Shown here: positions 26,391 to 39,912 of the stretch, piece after piece
How positions within the stretch are numbered: the first letter of the stretch is position 1
How the letters are laid out: each line of letters starts with the position of its first letter
NCBI RefSeq assembly: GCF_006345805.1
Contig: NC_042999.1
Coordinates: 137,268,001 to 137,332,000, forward strand
Reading direction: 5' to 3'
Source of the DNA: Octopus sinensis
Taxonomy: Eukaryota
Length of the DNA stretch: 64,000 bases
Position numbers and translations under genes: made by a program
Notes under the pieces: generated by a model
Database searches by the model: none
The model's input: the letters and a program-made list of their open reading frames with translations, nothing else
Told to the model about the DNA's origin: nothing

Positions 26391-27569
26391 CTCTTTGTAT
26401 AGTGATGGAGTATTAGATTGTCACTGATTAGTAATGAAACTGGCCACATATAGGTGATGACCTTCTGACATAAACATCATGTCTATCATATCAACCTATC
26501 CTCTGTTGATTATATCTTAGTTGAAGTTAATGATAGTCTATTTGATGAATCAAGGTATTGAAAAGCTTAATTCATGAATAACTTGCATTACCCTTTTGAT
26601 ACAAATGCACCTGAAACCACCCTTGGTTCTGTGAGAAAAAATTATTTGTTTTAAATTGTTTATATTTATATAAAAATCTTTTATTGCAATTTAATGTAAA
26701 AACCTTTTATGTTCCAAACACCAGCTTAATAATGAGAAAATTATCTTATTAAATCTCTCCAAATTCTTGATTATTTTCAAAATTAATTGAAAATCGTAAG
26801 CAGTGTATTTCATTAAAAATATGGTAATGAAAGGGTTAAAGCAGAGAACTGATTATGGTGATGAGTTTTCAACATCAAATGTCTTTTTTTTTGTAAGGGT
26901 TTTTTTTTATAGTTTAGAAATATTCTTTTAAATTTTTTTTCTAATTTTAAAATATTTTATCCCAAGTCTAGTAACACATAGACTACTCGGGACTTTGTAG
27001 CTAGTGAAACTGTGTTTCTAAATTATTCCCATCTTATTCTCTTTAACGTATTTAAAAGCTTGACACTATTATTAAAAGAACGGTGTCTCTAATAAAAACA
27101 ATTTACGCAAAATATTTCTAGAGTTTTAAACAAAAGTCTCTTTACTGTGTTCGATTAGAATTCTCTGTAGAACATTGTAAGAAATGAGTGTCAAATTCAG
27201 CCAGTTCAGCTAAAGACTGAACTAAGTTTGATTATATCTAATATTCACAACATTAAATGTATTATGTATAATGTGTGAAGTGTTGTAATATTAAGATTGT
27301 GTACAAGTATAAATTGGTTTATGTTTGTAGATGTGTATCCTGGGAAGTACTAGATATAATTTAAAATATGACTAACAAATTTACTGTCTGCCTTTGTTTT
27401 ATAATAACTTTTAGTAGTTAAAATTAAGTATCATAGATTGGAATAACAGTGGTAAATATTAAGTTGTTATTGTTTCTCCCTGGGTCAGCCTTTATTGGGA
27501 AGACCTCTGATTTAAGGCATTCAAACCATGGACATACTTTTTTGTATATCTACGACTGTTATCATTTAT

Positions 27570-27930
27570 TCTTTTACTTGTTTCAATCATTTGACTGCGG
27601 CCGTGTTGGAGCACTGCCTTTAGTTGAGCAAATTGACTCCAGGACTTATTCTATCAGTCTCTTTTGTTGAACTGCTAAGTTATGTAAACACACCAACATT
27701 GGTTGTCAAGCGATGGTGAGGGGACAAACACAGACACACAAATATATACATATATATATATATATGATGGGCTTCTTTCAGCTTCCATCTACTAAAATCC
27801 ACTCACAAGGCTTTGGTTGGCCCAAGGCTATAGTAGAAGACACTTGCCCAAGCTGCCACACAGTGGGACTGAACCCAGAACCATGTTGCAGGGAAACAAG
27901 CTTCTTACCATTCAATCATGCCTGCACCTA
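27570..27930 (-). mobile_element. tRNA-headed SINE (family D)
   Basis: Minus strand ggtgcaggcatg..ggtaagaagctt..gggttcagtcccactg..cttgggcaagtgtcttctactatagcc..; central microsatellite; tail gcagtcaaatgattgaaacaagtaaaagaataaa. Confidence 0.8.
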
Positions 27931-28042
27931 TATATGTATCCATTCCATTTTTTTTCTTAAGGCTGTAGGATGTGATGTAAGGAAGATTTTGCTGTTATTT
28001 CTAACAAGTTAAACAACCATATAGAGACAAATTAATAGGCTC

Positions 28043-28465
28043 TCATCATCATCATCATCATCATCGTTTAACATCCGCTTTCCATGCTAGCATGGGTTGG
28101 ACGGTTCAACTGGGGTCTGTGAAGCCAGAAGGCTGCATCAGGCCCAGTCTGATCTGGCAGTGTTTCTACAGCTGGATGCCCTTCCTAACGCCAACCACTC
28201 CGTGAGTGTAGTGGGTGCTTTTTACGTGCCACCTGTACAGGTGCCAGACGAGGCTGGCAAACGACCATGATCAGATGGTGCTTTTTACGTGCCACCGGCA
28301 CGGAGGCCAGATGAGGCTGGCAATGGCCACGATCGGATGGTGCTTTTTACGTGCCACCGGCACGGAGGCTAGTCAGGGTGGCGCTGGCTATGGCCACATT
28401 TGGATGGTTCTCATATGTGCCACCAGCACTGGTATCACAGCTACAAATTCCATTGATATTGATCG
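28043..28465 (-). mobile_element. Young RTE 3'-UTR copy (tail plus tandem repeats)
   Basis: (CAT)n tail, CpG-intact sequence, ~58-bp repeats ggtgctttttacgtgccacc; about 97% identical to the reverse complement of 46490-46666. Confidence 0.85.
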
Positions 28466-28996
28466 ATTACGTATATTAAAATTTGTGATTCATGTAGCCC
28501 TGTGTATCTATACTTTACAATTGTTGTTATCTAATGTGAACTTAGTGTTGTGATTTATAGAAGCAGGAAGCATGCAAAATTAAATTAGGAAGCTGATGAC
28601 TAATTGACGAAATGGAATTTGTCAAGGAATTTTAGATTTTAGGATCTCAAAGCAACTTTGGATCCTTTCCAAAAATACTTCTGCCCATTTAAAAAAATTT
28701 TTGCTTTTAGTGCCCTTTGGGAAAGTATGAATGCTTCCACTTTTCATGTTTTTTCTTTGAAAATTTTAAGGTTTGCACCCACAAATTCACTTCTGACTAA
28801 TTTACCAATAACTTGGAGGAGGAAGGTAGAGAGAAAGAGACGAGCTCCATTTAACAAACTTGCTCATGTCATGGTGGATTAAGATAGAAGACTTCACTGG
28901 TGACCCAACAATTCATTAGTTTATGATGCATTATTCTTCTTTGATTGAAAAATAACAAATTAGGTGAAATCCTGAAATTAATTTGCTTCCCTTTAG

Positions 28997-29193
28997 ATCC
29001 CGAAGTAAAATTTTCACCCACTAGGTCATGTATAATCTTAAAGTTTGATTCTACTAGGTTTCATTTCTGGCCTTTTCCTTCACTCCCCAAGTCAGACAGC
29101 CACCTAAACAAGGACCATACATATTATTCAATGCTACTCATACTCCAAAAAAACTTTCTTTCAAAGGGAACTTATTTGTTCCATTCTCAGTGA
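28997..29193 (+). CDS. Candidate alternative exon E5 (phase 1): xPEVKFSPTR| (donor after 29024) or read-through to ...KGTYLFHSQ*
   Basis: Acceptor ttaatttgcttccctttag|AT; open for 65 codons; donor AG|gtcatg is modest. Confidence 0.25.
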
Positions 29194-31299
29194 TTTGTTT
29201 AAGATTTTTAAGAATACTCTCTCTCTCCTTTTCTATCCCCTTCATAGTACTCTCTCACTCTTCCATTCTCTTATTTCTCCTTTTCTTTGCTCCATAATGT
29301 AGTCAAGGCTCTTGTCACTTCATTTTTCTGAATCACAGATCAGTTGCAGCATGGAATAACAGCTTCTATGGCCTTGACCAACAAACATCTGCAGTTGTCA
29401 ACAACTGAAATGCTCTTATTATTGTTACTATGGTTGCACTCTTGCTTAAATAACAACAACAACAATAACACTTTCAAGTGATTATTTCAATAAATCATTA
29501 CATTCTAACACTTTAACTTCCTACTAATTCATTTGGAGTTCACTTGTGAAGAAATTCCTGGATTTCGTTTTCTTATAAATTCTCTTGGTGATTAATACTT
29601 TGTTTGAACATATATTGTGTTGTTGCATTGCTTGTGATGTATATAAAACTATAAGATGCTAGTAGGTTTTCTTTAGTTGTCTTGTTTGCTACCCTGTTGC
29701 TTTTGATAGCTTCTGTATATAAATCAGTAATTAAAAAAAAAATTATTATTAAAAAAAAAAACAAATACAATTAGTTTCTTTTAGTATTTTTTCTCTGACT
29801 CAAGAATTATTCTTATATTTGACACACTGTAATTTTTTTATACATGTTATTCATAGTATTAAATTAACACAAGTGATTAGTTTCAGCCCAAACCTTTGAA
29901 AATATAATTAGAGAAATTTCCCTTGATTATGCTACTCTACTGTAAGAGAAAAATAGTAAGAGTTTAAAGGTCTTATTTATCTAGTTAATTATACACACAC
30001 ACACACACATTGTACAATGTGTTGTATATGGTTTTACAACAAATATTTAAGTCATAATGACAGAAGCCAACTTTTTTAAAATTCTGTTATAAAGGAAGTT
30101 AGTCTGTCATTAATTAAACAAAATTTTATATTAAGCTGTAAAAATATTCAGATCTCAACTAATTAGATCCTTAGTCATTCCCTGAAGTTCTCTTTCTGTG
30201 TTTTTTATTTTGTAGTTTTAAGCAACACATTTCATTATTTATTTACCTTCAAAATAATTATATTTTCCATATTCATGCCTTTTTTTAATTATTTAAAAAA
30301 ATTTTTTGAACATTTAAGATATTTCTCCTAAAATAATAATAATTTTAGTGATATTCTGTAAAGAATTGCAATATACACCTAATCATCTACAAACAGGAAA
30401 TTGTTCCTGTGTGAGAAATGAATTATTCTTACTCTTGATTTTACTTCATAGCAAGCTCATTTAATGACAAATTATCTTTAGCTCTCAATCTCTGTTTATT
30501 TAAACTGAATTTGTAAATCAATCCACAGGAAATAGAATTCTGTCCCTTATATATAAACAATATCAAACTGTATGCATTTATAATTTATAATTCAAGTGCA
30601 GTATTTTTACAAATCCTTCAGGACAAATTGAATTTTGTCTATTAAATAGCTGTACTAACCATCACACCATTGAAACATTTCAACATTTGCTGAGTAAGCT
30701 AGTGATGTATATTTCAATTTCCATCAATGGGTCCCTTACGGTGAATTGTTCTTTATGTCTACCAATAAATACATAAAATTAAATAATATACAAGAAACAA
30801 CCAATGCACTCAATTTATTTTTGTTCTGTTACTTTCTTCCCTACATCTTATTACTTGCAAGTTTAAAAAAAGCACAGAGAACCCTACAAACCAGGTCCTT
30901 GTCCATGTACCCTTAGAAACCATTGTGGTCCTTTTAGATTATTTCCTTTCCCAAACTTAAGAGCTCCGGTATAGTTTAGCCTTCAGCTGAGAGCTGTTGC
31001 ATGCTGCTTTTGACCTGGCAAGTTAGTCCATTGGCTGTATAATATTTGTCATTTTTCTCTTCATTTCATTTACTTTCCATATTGTTATTGTGCACACATG
31101 TATATATATGGATATGTCTATATATGTATATAAGTGCATGCATGGATATGTATCTCACTATCTATCTACAAATGTAATATATATGCATGCATGCATGGAT
31201 ATATGTCTAAATACGTATATGTGTATATTTGTATTAACATTTTACTCAGAATTGCATTACTTAAAGTTTCACGGAAATAAAACCAATAACCCTGATCAT

Positions 31300-31557
31300 T
31301 CAGATACTTGATTCTGAGTGGCAGACTTTAACAGCTTCTAAACAAGGTTGATTCTATTGGATGATGATACGTATCATCTTTTTTAGTTGGCTTGGATAAT
31401 GTGGTAGAATTGGTGTCTACCAGCTACTTCTGACTGATAGTGGAATTGGTGGTGACTTCTAACTGCTGCTAGGTAAGAGGTAATTTCAGCTTAGTGTAGT
31501 TTCCCTTGTTCTGGTTAGAGGGTCTAGTACAGTGGTTCCCCACCTGGGACCCCTGGT

Positions 31558-31605
<48 letters not shown>

Positions 31606-31668
31606 GGTGCTATTAAGTTAGACATGGCCTGGGCCAATAATGGCCGAAACCTATCAAAGTATATATAT

Positions 31669-31700
<32 letters not shown>

Positions 31701-33000
31701 TACATACACATAAGGATAAGCATGTTAAAAGGGGTCCTTGGGAAAACTCATTTAAATAAAAGGGTTGGGAACAAGTGGTCTAGTATTAGGTTTCAATAAA
31801 GTTTAAGGAAGTATTGATAAAAGTTTATGGAATAGTATTAGCCTCATTTTTGGCAGTAAAATAACAGTTCAGATTTCATGTTAAGGAACGCAGTGGGGAT
31901 TTGTTGTTGTATATGGAGTAAAACTTATGGAATGTAAATTTGGTTTAAAATTAGTCAGAGAGCCCCAGCATCATGTAACATCATCATGATAGTTCAATTT
32001 TCTTGTTAAGGGATTGTATTAGTTGATGCAATATGTGCTCTGTATAGATTCTTGCAAATACATCAGCTGTGTGTTCTGGATGAATTTGGAGAGGCTTTGC
32101 TGAGAAGTTCCAGGTTTGACCAGGCCTAAAAAAGTTCATGTATTGAGTAAAATTTCTCTTGAGTCATTAGTTGTAAGTAATTTGGTATCTTAGAATACAG
32201 GCTATTATGTAAGACCACTGCATTAGAGAGGCAGAATCCTTTCAGTGTGCAAATGGTTTGATTTCAGCATTTGCAAGTGGATGTTTGAGGTGAAGACTGT
32301 TATTTTTTCTGTCTTAGTATGCAAAATTGAAAGCAGTATTGTCTTGACAAGAGTAATTCATCTTAAATGGATGTGCATTAAAAAGCTTATGGCATTTACA
32401 TGTTCTTAGGTATTATTTCTATATTAGGTATTGAAATTTCCTTCCTATGTTTGCAGGGAGACATCTAGTTTGAATAGATCATTACTTTTCTTTTCTGAAC
32501 ACTTTTCAGGGATGCCAATGGAAAATCCTCCATGTATACTAACTTTTAGTCAAAAATCACTTTTTGCTAATATCTCATTATAATAGGGTACAGCTTTATT
32601 AAAAATATTTGTTTGAGGATACATTAGAAATTCTTCTGAGCAGAGCAATTTCCTGATTTGGAAGCTTCCAGATAAAATAGAAGTTAGCAGAATTTTTTCT
32701 GTTTTGGACTTGAAAGTGTTCTTGTGCTGAGTAAAACCTCTGAAGTTATTAGCTGTCAGTTATAGCTGGTGGTGGATTTAGAATATATTTGAATGAATAG
32801 TTCTCTTCAGTACAATATTTGCCTGTTTTATAGTCAAGAGTGATGTCCAAGAAATTGAGTGGGGTTAGATTGGTAGTGATAGTCAGATTTAAGCCAAACT
32901 TCTTCAAGATTCCTATTACATATTCCTAAATCTGTCAATAATATAGCTGTTCATGTTACTTGAAATCACCTGGTCTTTGCCTCTGTACAAACTTGAACGG
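31300..33000 (-). mobile_element. Degraded Penelope-like retroelement (RT plus GIY-YIG remnants)
   Basis: Minus translations SLYRGKD (GLYRDD), ILKKFGLNLTITTNLTPLNFLDITLDYKTGKY (32831-32910), SNPPP, GFCLSNAVV and SLSKFI; boundaries approximate. Confidence 0.7.
31530..31777. mobile_element. hAT (Charlie-type) MITE
   Basis: Termini cagtggttccccacct / agggttgggaacaagtg; perfect 8-bp TSD gtctagta at 31522-31529 and 31778-31785; internal (TA)n. Confidence 0.85.
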
Positions 33001-33004
33001 AGAA

Positions 33005-33185
33005 GAATACAAGAGGGTGCTGAAAAGTTCGTGGCTTTGAGTAAAAGAAAATACAGGAGGATCAATTAATTATAGTTTTATGCAACACACTCCTTTCTCA
33101 GATTCACATACTCATTGCAGCTGTTCTTCAGTTTTCCTAAGCCATGTAAAAAGAACACAGAAGGTTGGGCTTCCAATCAAGCCCC
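33005..33185 (-). mobile_element. Mariner-like terminal fragment
   Basis: ta+caagagggtgctgaaaagttc TIR-like start followed by sequence resembling a mariner 3' end; no partner TIR found. Confidence 0.35.
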
Positions 33186-34067
33186 CACATATACCCCTCT
33201 TGAGAGTGCACAGAATAACTAAGCCAACATGGTCTATGATCTCAGCCCCATCATAACTCCCCATGGAAACATTGAATAATGGCTCATCTTACCTTCCTTT
33301 CTAACCCAGTCGAGATCATAAAAATATCAGTAACTTCTTAAGCATCCATGTCACTTTTAGAAAGATTAATCAGCTGCATTTAGAGTTGGAAAACAAATGA
33401 AGAAAAGCCCCACTCGTCATTAATGATGTTTTTCCATTCCTTTGAAGATTTAAGCAATGTGATTCTGAGTCAAAATAAATATAAATAAACATATTGATCA
33501 CATTTTCTTTCATTTGTACATTTACTGAGACATGCATATGTGTGTGTGTATGTATATGCATATACGCATATACTTATTGCTATCATTTGTTACATTGTCT
33601 GTTGCCTGTTTGACTGCTAACTTTTGTTTGTGTTTTTCCATTTATTGTGTTCCAAAAATTATTAAAATGCCTGTTAATCAGTATTGTTATAATTTATTAT
33701 TATTGTACTTCTAGCAATATGTACACACACACACACACACACACACACAAGGAATTAACAAATGTTCTTTATTTTCAATATCAATGAAAATCTTTCTGAA
33801 CATTAAATTAAATTCCAGATGGACTTTGGATAGATAAAATATAAGAAAGAATAAGCTACACTTGTTATGTGTTGTTTTTTTCTTCCTCTTTAATTCTGTT
33901 ATCCCAGTGTCCATGTTTTTATCAAATATTTAGAAATGCATTCTGAAAACAATCTTAGGTTAATAACTCGTTTAATAATTAATATTCTAACCAAATTAAA
34001 ATTGTTTTATTACCACTAGATATCACATGTAGTTGCTTTTTAGTGCCCTGCCTCTTGGATTTTTGAC

Positions 34068-34157
34068 CATGGCCTTGGCTGTGGTGGCTACAACAAACTA
34101 AAAATAACATCTTAATGTTATTTTTAGTTTGTTGTAGCCACCACAGCCAAGGCCATG
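34068..34157. repeat. Perfect 43-bp inverted repeat with a 4-nt loop
   Basis: 34068-34110 (catggccttggctgtggtggctacaacaaactaaaaataacat) is the exact reverse complement of 34115-34157; loop ctta. Confidence 0.95.
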
Positions 34158-36199
34158 CTGGAGTATCACCTTCAAAATTTGGGGGATGGGGGAGAAATTA
34201 GAAAAGTATTAAGCTTCTATAGAATTTGTGATTGCATGACTACCAAGGAGATAGTATAATGATGTTATTTCTAATTAAAATTTTAATATTTCATTAAAAT
34301 TTTTTTTTCTTTTTTTACTTTAATGAGTAAGAATCAGCTAACACAGGATTTAACACTTTTATGCAAAATATATTTGTGTGTGTATTGTGGTAACTAGGTC
34401 TTAAGTTTAGTAGCCTGATAGAATTTTGTTCATATTAGAATGGATTTAAACACTTGATGGATTATTGATTGTCAAATTTCTGCTGAATTTTACAGTTGCC
34501 TACATATGACATGTTTGAAATGTAAGATATTGGTCTGATGTCCTTAGAAAACACACACACAAACTCTTGTTTTGATAAGTATTTCAGTTGTTTGATCAAC
34601 AGAACTACTTATTCATTTGTTTTATAGAATTAGTGGCTGAGTATTCCAGAAACAAGCAAAATCAGCATGACAATGTGTGATGAGGCCAGGCCTTCCAATT
34701 ACAGGCACAGTCCACCTGTCAGGCTACACACAGTTTCTGCCAATCAAATATTACTCACAGGGCCTGGGGCACCTTTTCTAAAATACATACAGTGAGCTCA
34801 AACCCAGAACTTTAAAATCACAAAGAGTTCACACACTACTCACCTTACATACTTCTACTACCACCATGTGTTCAAACACATATTTTTCTACAAAAAAAGT
34901 TTTAAAAATCAGTAGCTTTCTCTATACATGTTGCATAAAAATAGTTAATTTTATAATTATATATAATTCAAATATGTTAGGGTACTCCAGCATGGTCATT
35001 ACTAAATAGTTAAAACCAGTAAAAGAATAACATGTAATACATACATTAAATATTTTAAGTTCTAAAACATTTAACCAAAAAAACCCCTGATTTCATTTTA
35101 AACAAAATAAAAGCATGAATAATGTTTATAATAACCCATATTTGCTTTTGCTATGACAACATCTTCAGTTATATGCAGCTATGACTTGCCTGAATTTTCC
35201 TGACCCTTGTAATTGTAGTCAAGACATACCTACTTCAATTATTTCCAGCTTGTCAGCAAAATGCTCTTGTATTTCTTTGTTGCTGTTATTATTAATATTG
35301 TTGATACTGTTAATTCTTTGTCTCTTTCATGTAATATTTCAGTGTGCAGCAGTCATTTTTAGACTTATAGATTGTTCATACATGTTGTTTCACATTATTG
35401 CTATTAATGACATTTCTCTGGGTTTATGCATATGTATGCATTTGTGTATGTTTATACATTTCTTTCATATTTTCTGAGAGGATCTTGAAGAACCTGTGAT
35501 TCTTTTTAAACTGTAAGCAACTAATAACAAACCCAGATAGATAGGTTAACACATTTAGCACTGTATGGTTTATAAGACAAAACTCTGCAAATTCCTGAAG
35601 TTTGATACCAGTACCTTCAAATGGCATTGTGATCTTCCTCTATATTTTTGACATCATTAGGTCTCTTGATTGCCTTTGATATTTTGGTATCAATATAACT
35701 AGCAATAACAAAGTATAATAACTGGTAATATGTCTGAGAGAGCTATTACAAATTGTATTAGCCAAAAAAATTGTACCCTGCAGCACTCTGTTCAAAATTA
35801 ACTCTTTTGAAATGGTGTCCTTGGCCAATATCTTGATTTGTATCCATTAAAGTCACACAATCACTCCTGGTTTTCTAACTATGCTGTGATCATGAAGCTT
35901 GTGATATATTATCCTATGATCAAATGTATTAAAAAGCTTTGCAGCGTTCAGGTATATAACATCTACACTTGATTGGTTGAGCTACTACTTTAATAACCAG
36001 TTGCAACACAGCTTTGTAACACTTCTACTAAGATAGAAATGTGTGTGTGTATATGTGTGTGCATGTAAGCATGGAAAACAGATGATCACACACATGTTTA
36101 TATACACATGTCTATATATATGCATGCACACACACATGCATCTTACTTCATTCATGGCTGTCCATTGAATGCATTAATGACCATATTTACGTGCACACA

Positions 36200-36520
36200 C
36201 ATCTTTTACTTGTATCAGTCATTAGACTGTGGTCATGCTGGGCACCACCTTGAAGTATTTTTAGTTGAATGGATCAACCCCAGTACTTAAGTTTTTGAAG
36301 CATAGTACTTATTCTATCAGTCTCTTTTGCTGAACAGCTAGGTTACAGGGACATAAACACACCATCTCAAGTTGCCAACCAGTGGTGGGGGACGAAGACA
36401 CACATACATATATACTATGTGCTTCTTTTCAGTTTCCATCTACCAGATCCACTCACAAGACTATAGCAGAAGACACTCACCCAAGCAAACTTTTTACTAC
36501 GCAGCTACACCTACACCTAT
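36200..36520 (-). mobile_element. tRNA-headed SINE (family D)
   Basis: Same architecture as 27570-27930 (gactgtggtcatgctgg..cttattctatcagtctc..ccactcacaag..gaagacact). Confidence 0.7.
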
Positions 36521-37329
36521 TGCATACAAACTGCATACATACATACATACACATGGACACACATTTGTGAAAGCTTTCAGTTGTGTTTCCTGTTTATTTG
36601 CATGTGTATATGGATGTATACATTTGCACACTTATGCAGTCCTGTTGTTTATCTAGTTTGTTTATTTGCTTTGTTTTCAGTTGCAAAGATAGTTAATTGA
36701 TTTCTATTACAGCCATATCCTATATTTGCAGTATTAGTTGTTTAAATGTTGATTCCAATACTCCATTGATAGAATTAAATTCTCCTTTAGGAAACAAATT
36801 TACTTTACATATTTTGCCCAAAGGGAAAAATCTTATCTATATATTCAAGTGTTTTTCTTTATTATTATTTTCCAGATGTGATTTTATTCCTGTTTTTTTT
36901 TTTATTTCAGCTGTTTGTATTTTAAATAATTTTTGGTAATTAATTGTTTACATCATCATATATATTTATTTTTAAATGAAATTATGCACACATAATCTCT
37001 AATGGGTAATTTAACATTTTCTTATGGTTAGATTTTTTTATTCTTATTGAAAATCTCTTCGATTTTTTTTGATTTTTTATTATTCTTTCAGCCTTTTGTT
37101 GAATGAAAAAGCTTTAGATTTTTATCAAATACCTCTGCAATTTGATCACTGTAAAATCACTACATTTAAATATCACTCTAGGTTGATTACTGTGAAATTA
37201 TTGATGTCTAAAGCAAGGTTTGTATTTCATCTTAAGAAATCTGGATGCTACACAAGTCTTGTCTCACTTTAATCTTGTTCAGATGTATGCATTTGTGTCT
37301 ATTTGCTTGTAACTTATTTGTTTAGCTGT

Positions 37330-37640
37330 TGTCATTTAGCCCCAGGTCAGCCTTGATCAGGCATACCTTTGATGAAAGGCCTTCCAGCTGTGACTTTCTC
37401 TTTTTTTTTCCTCCACACAGTATATCTAGGTCTACATTATCCAATATATTTGAGCAGATGTATGGTGAAAGCTTTTACAGCCTTGACTACCATCCACTCT
37501 GTTTTTTTTTTTGTTTTCCTTAAATGTACAGTGTCAAGGATAACTTTATCCAATGTTTTGATCCTTCTTTTAAAATGGGTTTGATTTGAGGGTGATTTGG
37601 CTGCTATTTCTAGCAGGTCAAGTAACTATGCAGAGTTCCT
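37330..37640. repeat. Dispersed repeat family B, long copy
   Basis: tttagccccaggtcagccttgatcagg..ccagctgtgact..ctacattatccaat..gatttggctgctatttctagcaggtc. Confidence 0.7.
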
Positions 37641-39370
37641 TGCATTGATTCGATTGTTTATTTGTTTTATTCTAAAATGTTTCTTTAATCACAACCTTGA
37701 TTATCTTTCATCTTCATCAGTAAATTTAAATTCATATAAGATCTGCTTTGCTTGCAAAGTGGTAAAGGCTTTAAGAGGTTTTGGCATCAAGAAGGACATC
37801 CAGCTGCAAAATACTGCCTCAGCAAGTCTTATCCCATGCCAGTGTGAAAAAAGTGGTTGTGATGATGATGATGATGATTATATTTATATTTTAAATTCTG
37901 CCATTTTGAAATACTAGTTATGAATAAACAGAATTTGCTGAGTTTGAAATTCGGTCTTAGACTTAGGCAATGTAGAATGTTTTGGATGATAGTTTTAGAA
38001 ATGGAAGTGTGGTGGACTAAGAAACAAATCATTTAATATTCCATTTTGTCTATGTTCTGAATTCAATTCTACTATAGTCAACTTTACCTTCAGTTTTTCA
38101 ATTTTGGTATATACTAGGGTAATTTCTGTCAACTGTGCATTGTGTGACTGTGTCATTAAGAAATCATTATTATTGCTTCTTTTTTTCTATGAACCCATTA
38201 TTTCATAAATTGCTATTAAATCTTTATTTCCCAAATCCTGTAAATAGATTTTTTTACTCCACAGCTTTATCATAAGCAGGAAATGAAGTCACAAAGCTAA
38301 ACTAACAACCTCCAAAATATACTTAGCTGTATTGTCTTATTTAATTCCTCTCAACCATTCTCTATTTATTTGATAGCTGCAACTACATGAATTATTACTA
38401 TTGTAGCTGCTGATTCAAATAGTATGGCTTTGTATCTCATGGTACTGAGTATTTGACAGATATAATTTTGAATGGCTTGGCCCACAGGTACCATGTGGAT
38501 GTAGAGAGTTTATTTCTATTGGCAGCAGGTTCATTCTTTAATCATTTAGCATTTAAATCAGCCATACCCAGCTCAAATATTCTACCTGTTTTATGTTCAA
38601 GAAAATCCACAAGAAATTTGAGATGAAATTTCCTGTATCTAAGAAGTTCAGTCAAGCGTACAAGTTTCCTTTCACCCAATCAGCAGTTTTTTTCCCCTTA
38701 CTGAAACCTATCTTTCTGAATCAATACCTTAAACTTCACCCTTACCTAAACAAAGTTGACCAAAATGCCTAAAAAATTATCACTATCTCAGTTTTTATTA
38801 AATAGATTTTAGTTTACTCTGGATAAATATTCCTAAATACTCTCCTCCATTTAAATTTTCTGTAATGTTTGACAGGATATTTCCCTATATATTCTGAAAA
38901 TTTTCTTAATACTTATGCTTACAATTTTTCTCCAAAGGAGTTGGCTATTAAATATATTATTACAGATGAAGCCTATCACCAGTTTCTTTAGACTCTGTTA
39001 CATGCATAAAGATATACTTAGTAATTCTGTAAAGATTTTCTTATTCTTTTTAATTGTTTCTGTCATTTGACTGCAGCCATGCTGAAAATTCAGTTTAATG
39101 AAATTAAATTAACTGAAACTAACCTCTTATTTCCAGTCACCTTTGATTATCCTTAAACTTATTACACCTGTGTCACATGCACACTCACACACTCTCTCTC
39201 TCCTTTCTCTCTCTGTCCCTCTCTCTCACTCACTTAGACATAGTATAACTATCCCCATATTCTGTACAAAAATGTTTATAAAGAGTGGTGTCTTTGATAT
39301 GCAAAACTTCAAGAGTGTGCAAGAAAACTTAAAATCACTATAATTCTGGTCCGGATATGTTCTCATTAAG

Positions 39371-39444
39371 ATGTTTACATGAAGTGTAAAAGATTCCGGG
39401 ATGTAGTCAGTGGCGACTCCGGCACTTACGCTGTTTGGGCTTAG
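39371..39444 (+). CDS. Candidate alternative terminal exon E6 (phase 1): xVYMKCKRFRDVVSGDSGTYAVWA*
   Basis: CpG-rich, coding-like island; the acceptor is a weaker cattaag|AT; TAG 39442-44. Confidence 0.25.
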
Positions 39445-39484
39445 CCCAAGTATAAATTTAATAAAGTGAACATGTATTTGCAAG

Positions 39485-39555
39485 CTGATTTAATTTCTGC
39501 CAACACTTACATCAAGTATGTAATTGCAGCCAATAACTTGGGCTCCTTTTATTGA
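39485..39555 (+). CDS. Candidate exon E7 (phase 1): xDLISANTYIK| (donor gtatgt at 39516) or terminal ...YVIAANNLGSFY*
   Basis: ttgcaag|CT acceptor is weak; phase 1 to phase 2 geometry like E11; overlaps a competing minus-strand donor. Confidence 0.2.
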
Positions 39556-39640
39556 GCCTGGTCGCAGTTCATTCATTTTCATTCACCATCTGGTGGTCAT
39601 CTTAGAGGTGCCCTGTGTCAAAAAATATCATTCGTAGCAG

Positions 39641-39720
39641 ACATTCTCTCGACATCGTTCATACACACCTGCTCAGACTCGGAAGTTACAACCCAAGTTA
39701 CCTATAATCATAAAAATTAA
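39641..39720 (+). CDS. Candidate alternative terminal exon E8 (phase 1): xILSTSFIHTCSDSEVTTQVTYNHKN*
   Basis: NAGNAG acceptor tcgtagcag|AC; CpG-rich; overlaps a competing minus-strand exon candidate (39511-39701). Confidence 0.2.
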
Positions 39721-39901
39721 AAGTAATTCAAATTCAATGTTTTCTTGAAACAAATTTCTATAGAGATTAGGATTTAAATTCCAATCTATGAAATGTTTCT
39801 ATCTTACAATATTCTTAAAGGAATGAAAAATTATACAGCAACTCAGGCTAATACAAATGACCCTGGTAGGCGTAAAAGACTAACTGGCATCTTTTGTCTA
39901 G

Positions 39902-39912
39902 AGTACAGGTGA
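39902..39912 (+). CDS. Candidate E9: 7-nt microexon AGTACAG (39902-39908) or terminal xYR*
   Basis: Consensus branch point gactaac plus atcttttgtctag|; donor CAG|gtgaca; in phase 1 it reads AG TAC AG(G) TGA. Confidence 0.4.

Noticed and set aside
39435-39560. A-to-I recoding of the two in-frame stops (TAG 39442, TGA 39553) to Trp
   Set aside because: The TAG adenosine sits in a 3-nt loop and the TGA stem is only 5-8 bp, too short for typical ADAR substrates; no data support it.
39371-39600. Ig/FN3-like motifs (DSGTY; DL.....Y...V.A.N..G..WS)
   Set aside because: Interrupted by in-frame TAG and TGA, and the rest of the fold is absent; likely coincidence.
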